Source: the human T2T-CHM13v2.0 reference genome, Homo sapiens
Assembly (NCBI RefSeq): GCF_009914755.1
Contig: NC_060927.1
Length of the DNA stretch: 64,000 nt
Reading direction: 5' to 3' (one strand)
Positions 57,042 to 64,000 of the stretch are shown piece by piece. The position numbers and the translations under genes are program-made. Below the pieces are notes generated by a model. The model was not told the DNA's origin. It worked only from the letters and a program-made list of their open reading frames with translations, and ran no database searches. Every line of letters begins with the position of its first letter. Within the stretch, counting starts at the first letter, position 1.

Positions 57042-59324
57042 CTCCTGTCCACAATCTAACTGTCAAACAAAGGTGAGCTAAAGTTCTTTCCCTGTATATT
57101 GAGGGTGAAGGTGGTTGCAGGGAGAAGGAAGGGTGAGGTCAGGTGGCAAAATATCTAAAGACCCTGTTTTGGGAAGGAGGGTGGCGGATCCCCACATCAT
57201 CAGAACTCTCCTGACTCATCTTCCTAGATGGGCTAATTAAACGGATGCCAACTAATCGGAAAACTTCTGGAATTGCCGTCCCTGGAAATCCTAGCAAGAC
57301 ACAGGACCCAGAATCCTCCCCATTAATATTGACGCTGTAGTGACCAATCACCATTAAGAGGTGCCAGAAAGGAACTGGAACTGGCAAGTAGTCAGGTCTT
57401 TCAGCGGCACCCCCAGAAATCCTGTCCTATAAATGGTACTTCACTCTAATGCAAACTTTGCTAAATGTTTTAACCTTGTTGTGTAACGCGGGGGTAAAAA
57501 GAGTACTTGATAGGGTTAACACATATAATGCATTTAGAAGAGCAATTCGCAGGTGGTTAACATCTGTAACATTTGCTATTATTATTATTGGTAATAAAAA
57601 TTATCTAGCATCTGTAAACACTTGCTGTTATTATTGATACTAAAAGTTATCCATGAGCTTTTTTTCTTCTTCTTCTTACTATGCAAAGTTGGGATTCTGA
57701 AGTGAACAGCTGCACGGTGTTATCATCTTTCTACACATTCACACATAACAATCTTAATGATATATCACAATGAATAATTTGACGTTATTTAGCTCTCCTT
57801 ACTCTGAGCTGTGGACTGCATCAAACCCAACTCGAATAGCGTTCCTGCTCTTCAAATTTCGGCGGTGAAGCCATTCATAAATAAAAAACAGCTTCTTGTT
57901 TTGTATGAATCAATTCACAAGATAAATATTTAAATAAAATGTGGCTTCAATTGTGCTCTCTGATGATAATTGCTGGCTCACACTCTGTTTCTATATCAAT
58001 GTGTTTTCTTTTATTTTTTCCCCCAAGCTGACTAATGAACAGAGCTGTCAGAAGCCCATTGCTCATGATCTAGCGAGCAACACATTAGCAGTTTCACATA
58101 AATATAAAAACCACATTAACTGCAGCTAGGGAAATATACACGTAGCACACAAAAACTCCAATATACTCCAGTGCTATCAACAAATAAAGAATCCTGGGTG
58201 ATAAATATGATTAGCTAAGTAACTGACACTCTCTTAACATAGGAAACAGCCCTGCATCACCCCAGCTGTCAATAAATAAAAGATAATTCAAAGAACAAAC
58301 TCCTTTGTGTATAGAGCATCCTCTACTTTGAAGAGCCCACAAAATTCTATATCTGACATTGTAAAGAAAAAAAGGCATACTTATGTAATTTGGGGATATT
58401 TACAATCCCTATGCTGCACAAAATCACAGGCTCTTAAATTTATACTCCACTCAAAGTGGGGAGAATCCAGGATGCTCTCTACCTTTAAGACTCAAAATTG
58501 TTTTAAATGTCATTTCATTCATATCCTTCATCTCTCCATGGGCTGTTCTGTTCCAATTTTACAGTTTATTCATTTCATAAAAATGTATCAAGTCATTACC
58601 ATGCGACTAGCACCGCTGGGGAAGATGGAGTCCAGGAAGAAAACTTCCAGGCTCCTACAGTCATCAAAAGAGCCAGAAATGAGAGGTCACTGGCTCCCAA
58701 ACCGCTGCACCCGCTAGAAGCACTGTAAACTCTCAAACAGCAGTTCTCTAAGATAAATATTTAAATAAAATGTGTTTTCAATTGTACTCTTCGATGATAA
58801 TTACTGACTCACCCCCGTGATTGCAGCAATGTGTTTTTATCTCCTTGTCTCGTGCTGATTAAGGAACTTAAGATTCAGAAGATACAAAATTGTGAACCTC
58901 AGTGATAAAAGGGGAGATACAACTGTTCGAAGTCATTGATTCTCCATATTTCTCTACCTTTTGATAACTTCTCTCTCAACTCTTCAGCCATGCTGAGGGG
59001 GGGACAATAAGCAGAAATTGCAAGGCCTCCTCACATCACATGATGCTGGCAGGAGAAGGCTCAGTGCTGAATGCAAATGTCCTCTCGGGGGTGGGTCCCT
59101 TGGCAATTTCTGAAGTTCCCTATCTGGATTCTGCTGAAGAGGAAGCAGCCAGCCCCTGTTACTAGTTCTTTCTATTCTGCTGACACCAGTGACCTCAACC
59201 AAGTCAACGGCACCCTTGCTAGGGCTTGGAAATTTCAAGAATAGGAAAACAATAATGCAATAACTCAAGAAGGAAGCTAAACAGTGTTTCCCTAATTTCT
59301 TTTCTCTCTGACCCCTGGATTCTT

Positions 59325-59757
59325 ATGCGGTAGATTAGATTATGGTTTAGAAACATTCACTTCCTACTCCCATTACCTCCATGATAGGAATGTACTTTCC
59401 CTTCTCTTGACTTTGAGTTTGGCCACATGACTTGCTTTGGCCAATGGAATGTTAATCTTTGTTTGGTCTTTGGGATGATAGGACCAAAGGCTGAAAAAGC
59501 ATTTATGAGATTGGGCATGCTCTCTTGTGCTTCTGGCACTGACCTGAGAAAAAATTGCCCAGGCTAGCCCACTAGTCCCAGGAGGAGGATGAGGGACAAG
59601 TTGGGCAGAGTCACCTGGCCAAACCATTCAAACCAGTCCTGGCCTTGGTCATCTAACCCCTAGGCATCCTGCAGATGTGTGAGCTAAATAGATGCTTTTA
59701 AAATATGCCACTGAAATGCTGTTGCTGGTTGTCATGTGGCAATGGCTTATGACACAA
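59325..59757 (+). mobile_element. MLT1H/I/J-like LTR
   Basis: TTGGCCACATGACTTGCTTTGGCCAATGGAATG...GCCACTGAAAT...TGACACA. Confidence 0.7.
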
Positions 59758-59804
59758 CTTACTTTGGACTAACCAATCCTGCTTTTCTTTGCTCCTTTTT
59801 GTTT

Positions 59805-60082
59805 TCCTTTGACACAGTGTCTTGCTCTGTTGCCCAAGCTGGTGTGCAGTGGTACAATCACGGCTCACTGCAGCCTCCTTCCTGGGCCCAAGCAATCCTA
59901 CCTCAACCTCCCCAGTAGCTGGAACAACAGGTGTGCATCACCAGCCCAAGCTAATTTTTAAAAAAATTTTTGTAATTGCGGAGTTTTGCCATGTTGCCCA
60001 GACTAGTGTCAAACTCCTAGGCTCAAGCAATCCTCCTGCCTTGGCCTCCCAAAGTGCTGGGATTACAGGCATGAAGCACTTT
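59805..60082 (-). mobile_element. AluJ
   Basis: Alu body. Confidence 0.85.
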
Positions 60083-60947
60083 GCTCCTTTCTTAAAGGAA
60101 GATATATTCCTTCTACTTTTCAGGGCATTTTAGGTAATTTGAAATATAGTAAAAAATATTTGTTTACTGGCTGAAGAGAAACCTCTGAACCCAAATTCTT
60201 GAAATTTCCCCAGCACTTTGGCCTGTCATTTCCCTCTTGAGATTTGTCGCTCCAAGATCAGCGTCCTCCACTCTCCCATCTATATCCCTAATCACTTCCC
60301 CTCAGCCTCTGGCACAGGCTCTTCGACCTGCCCTTCCTCATCCCTCTTCCCATTCACTCCATAAATATTACCAACTGCTGGAAAGATGAGAGGAAAATTA
60401 GAATGTGGCAGAGTCATGGAGAACAGGAAAAGGCTGCTTCAAGACATGAAATGCCCAACTGTGGCACACACTGCCATGTGGCTCAGCAAACAAAGGCCAT
60501 CTCATCCAACCCCATGGCTACAGCGCACCTTCATCTGCCAGTGATTGTCAAATACACCTCCTCTCTACTCCTTTGCAGCCACCTCCTCTCTCCTAAGCTC
60601 TGTACCCGTATTTGCAACTGCCTGTTGGACATATTCACCTGGATATCCTGCAGGTGAGCCTGCAGGGGATACTCAAGATCCCCAAGCCTGATTCATTCAT
60701 CCCCAACCTGCCATCTGGATGCCCCTTTTCTGTGGGCCTTGCTTTGGTTATGGACATGGGCAGTTGATGCTGGTGGTGTCTTGTCTATATTTCCTTGGGC
60801 CTTACCGTTATAGCATTCTGCAGACGTCCAGCTACCTGCAGCCTTACTGTGAGAGTTCAACCCAGTCTACCCCATGGGCCAGAAGCACAGGAGAATTAAC
60901 TCCCCTCAAGCCACAACCCTTAACTAATGACTATAAAAGATTTGATA

Positions 60948-61258
60948 GGCTGGATGTGGTGGCTCACGCCTATAATCCCAATACTTTGGGAGGCTGAAGT
61001 GGGAAGATTGCTTCAGCCCAGGAGTTCAAGACCAGCCTGGGCCACATGGCAATAACCCATTTCTACAACAAAATGAAAAATCAGCCAGGCATGGTAGCAC
61101 ATGCCTGTAGTCCCAGCTACTCAGGAGGCTTAGGTGGGAGGATCACTTGAGCCTGGGAGGTTGATGCTGCAGTGAGCCGTGATTGTGCCATTGCACTCCA
61201 GCCTGGGCAACAGAGTGAGACTCCATCTCAAAAAGAAAAAAAAAAGAAAGAAAGAAAG
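60948..61258 (+). mobile_element. AluJ within an old LTR16-like fragment (about 60720-61525)
   Basis: Alu body with flanking AAAGATTTG duplication; the LTR call is weak. Confidence 0.8.
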
Positions 61259-61579
61259 ATTTGGTAGATATGTACTGCAGCTCCCCCAGCCCCCAGGGGA
61301 CAGGGGCATCACGAGGGTCGGGGGGAGTCATTCTGAAGCACACATTCTATTCTGCTGCCCAGGGTTCCTAAGTGGTCTTCCCAGTTATCCACAAGGTAGC
61401 AAGCTTGATAATTCATTGACTTCCCTAGCCTTACTCACTTTTCCACTACTCTACCACTGTTTCCTGGTGTCACTTCCCAAATGCAGGCATCCTTCTACCA
61501 GGGTCTGCTTAAGTGGGACAAAATGACGAAGTTAGAAATCGCTGACTCCCTCTCTTTCACCGCCCATGTCTATTTGATT

Positions 61580-61582
61580 ACA

Positions 61583-61627
<45 letters not shown>
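61580..61627 (+). repeat. (CA)n microsatellite
   Basis: Read directly. Confidence 0.95.
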
Positions 61628-61629
<2 letters not shown>

Positions 61630-61634
61630 ACCTT

Positions 61635-62260
61635 ACTCATTCATTCAGCAATATTACCAAGAACCTAGATATTTTAGATGCTAGGGAAGCAGAAGTGAAC
61701 AAGATAGGCCTGGTCCCAACCCTCAAGAAGCTTATACTCTAAAGGGGAAAGGTAGACAAATACATCAACAGTATCATAACCTGTAGAGACGAGTTTTACG
61801 AGAGAAATAAACAGGGTGATGAGATAAAGAAATTGAGAAAGGCCATTTTAGGTAAAGTGGTCAGGAAAGGACTCTGAGGAGGTGACATCTGAGCTGGAAC
61901 CTGCAGAATAAGCCAAACACATGAGGATTTGAGGGGGGAGGAAGAGTGCTCCAGGCAGAAAGAACAGCACAGGCAAAGGCCTGCTTGTACATCCAAGGAT
62001 GGGAAAGGAGATCAGAGTGGGTGAAGCAGAGAGGACAATGAAGAGGGTGGTATAAGATAAAGGAGAAAGATGTGCAAAGGCCGGGCCACGGAAAGCTGTC
62101 TGGGCTAGGATCAGGGGCTTGGATTTTATTCTAAGAACCATGAGAAGCCACTGAAAGTATCTAAATAAGGGTGTAACATGATGTGCTTTGGATTTGTTAA
62201 AATCACTCTGACTATGGTATGAAGTCAATTTTGGAGGCTGCAAGAGTGGAAGCCTACAGG
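61635..62260 (-). mobile_element. L2
   Basis: CATTCATTCAGCAATATT...GGTCAGGAAAGGACTCTGAGGAGGTGACATCTGAGCTG...GGATTTTATTCTAAG. Confidence 0.8.
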
Positions 62261-62471
62261 TTCCTGTAATCTGTCCCACTATCCACTCAGTGATGGTTCT
62301 GACTCTCATCACGGCCTGACCATACAGGAGGGTCTCCAGCTCTGCCTTTGAAGATATGCACACTGCAGGCATAACACAAGAAATAGAACCTGTGCCCTTA
62401 CAGAGCTTTAGAATGAATCCCAGATACAGCAAAGTACTGATACTTTAGGTAATGATAAAATGGTGCATTGA

Positions 62472-62949
<478 letters not shown>

Positions 62950-63375
62950 TGATGTGTGTGGTGGAGTGGAGGGCGTGGGGACTGAAATGCTGGATCTCTC
63001 CAAAGCATAGAGGATGAGAAGGGAGGTGATGACCAATGACCCTTAAGTGGTCTGTTAATGCTTAGTGAATGAATAAGTAAGTGGCAAGACACACAAGCTA
63101 AGAGTAAGAGAATTTCATTCTAACTTTTCTAGTTCTTTAATTGCCATTCAAGAGCTTAAACCATACGGCAGATGACAACCTGATACATGAGTCAAAGTCA
63201 GCTCAGGAAACATTTAACAGGGTTCCTGACATAAAATGCCTAAAATATACAGAATTTTGAAAGTTATGACAACTGAGGTAATAATGAAGTAACGTTAAGG
63301 GCTGAGTATATTAATTTTAAAAAAGAAAAAGGGGTTTTATGGGCCTGGTCTGGTATGTTAAGTTTGTTGTCGACT

Positions 63376-63676
63376 TTTCTTTTTTTAAGAATAAGGGTCT
63401 CGCTTGTTCTGTTGCCCAGGCAGGAGTGCAGTGGCCAGTCATAGCTCACTGCAGCCTCAAATTCCCAGGCTCAAGCAATCGTCCTGCCTCAGCCTCCCAA
63501 GTAGTTGAGATTACAGGCATGTGCCATCATGCCCAGCTAATTAAAAAAAAATTTTTTTTAGAGACAGGGTCTTGCTATGTTGCCAAGGCTGGACTTGAAC
63601 TCCTGGACTCAAGTAATCCTCCTGCTCCACCATCCGAAAGCGTTAGGATTACAGGCATGAGCCACCATTCCCAGGC
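63376..63676 (-). mobile_element. AluJ
   Basis: Alu body. Confidence 0.85.
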
Positions 63677-63951
63677 TCTATTTTTTTTTTCTTTTTGGCT
63701 TGGTGATGAGGTTTTGGTCAATTTACTGAGTACCTACTGCATGCCAAGCATGTATTAATTAAACATCGCGGGTGAAGAGATCTGTAGACGTGGTTATTGT
63801 CCTAGAGGAATTCATGAAGTTGACTGACATATGTATGACCATCAAAGACTGTGCTTTCACACTTGAATTACTATGATAAAAAATGAGGCATAAATGAAGT
63901 GGATTTGTTTTGTGGCTTAAGCATAGGAATTTGTTTTCTGCACACAGTCTC

Positions 63952-63957
63952 AGTCTC

Positions 63958-63997
<40 letters not shown>
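63952..63997 (+). repeat. (CT)n microsatellite
   Basis: Read directly. Confidence 0.95.

Positions 63998-64000
<3 letters not shown>

Noticed and set aside
61848-62432. 194-aa ORF
   Set aside because: Lies in a decayed L2 element

Overview
Human genomic DNA (primate Alus, including a young AluYb element) with no protein-coding exon. A CpG island at about 10.65-13.45 kb holds the 5' end of a minus-strand gene. Its non-coding exons match the FOXP1 5'UTR as I recall it (recognised from memory, not searched). There are two alternative first exons (donors at 13185 and 12846) and a shared 149-nt exon 2 (10824-10972). Exon 2 carries a 10-codon uORF in a strong Kozak context. Positions 1-10.8 kb are repeat-poor intron rich in forkhead motifs. 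Positions 13.5-64 kb are upstream DNA, Alu-free until 20.7 kb and then dense in Alu, L1, L2, MIR, MaLR LTR and hAT/mariner fossils. The most notable observations are the uORF, an apparent forkhead autoregulatory motif architecture, candidate splice signals for an overlapping antisense lncRNA, two unexplained dispersed direct repeats, two cases of repeated Alu insertion at one target site, a possible ancient L1 3' transduction and an inverted-arm mariner fossil. I found no convincing novel protein-coding system. Repeat boundaries and subfamily calls are by eye and approximate.
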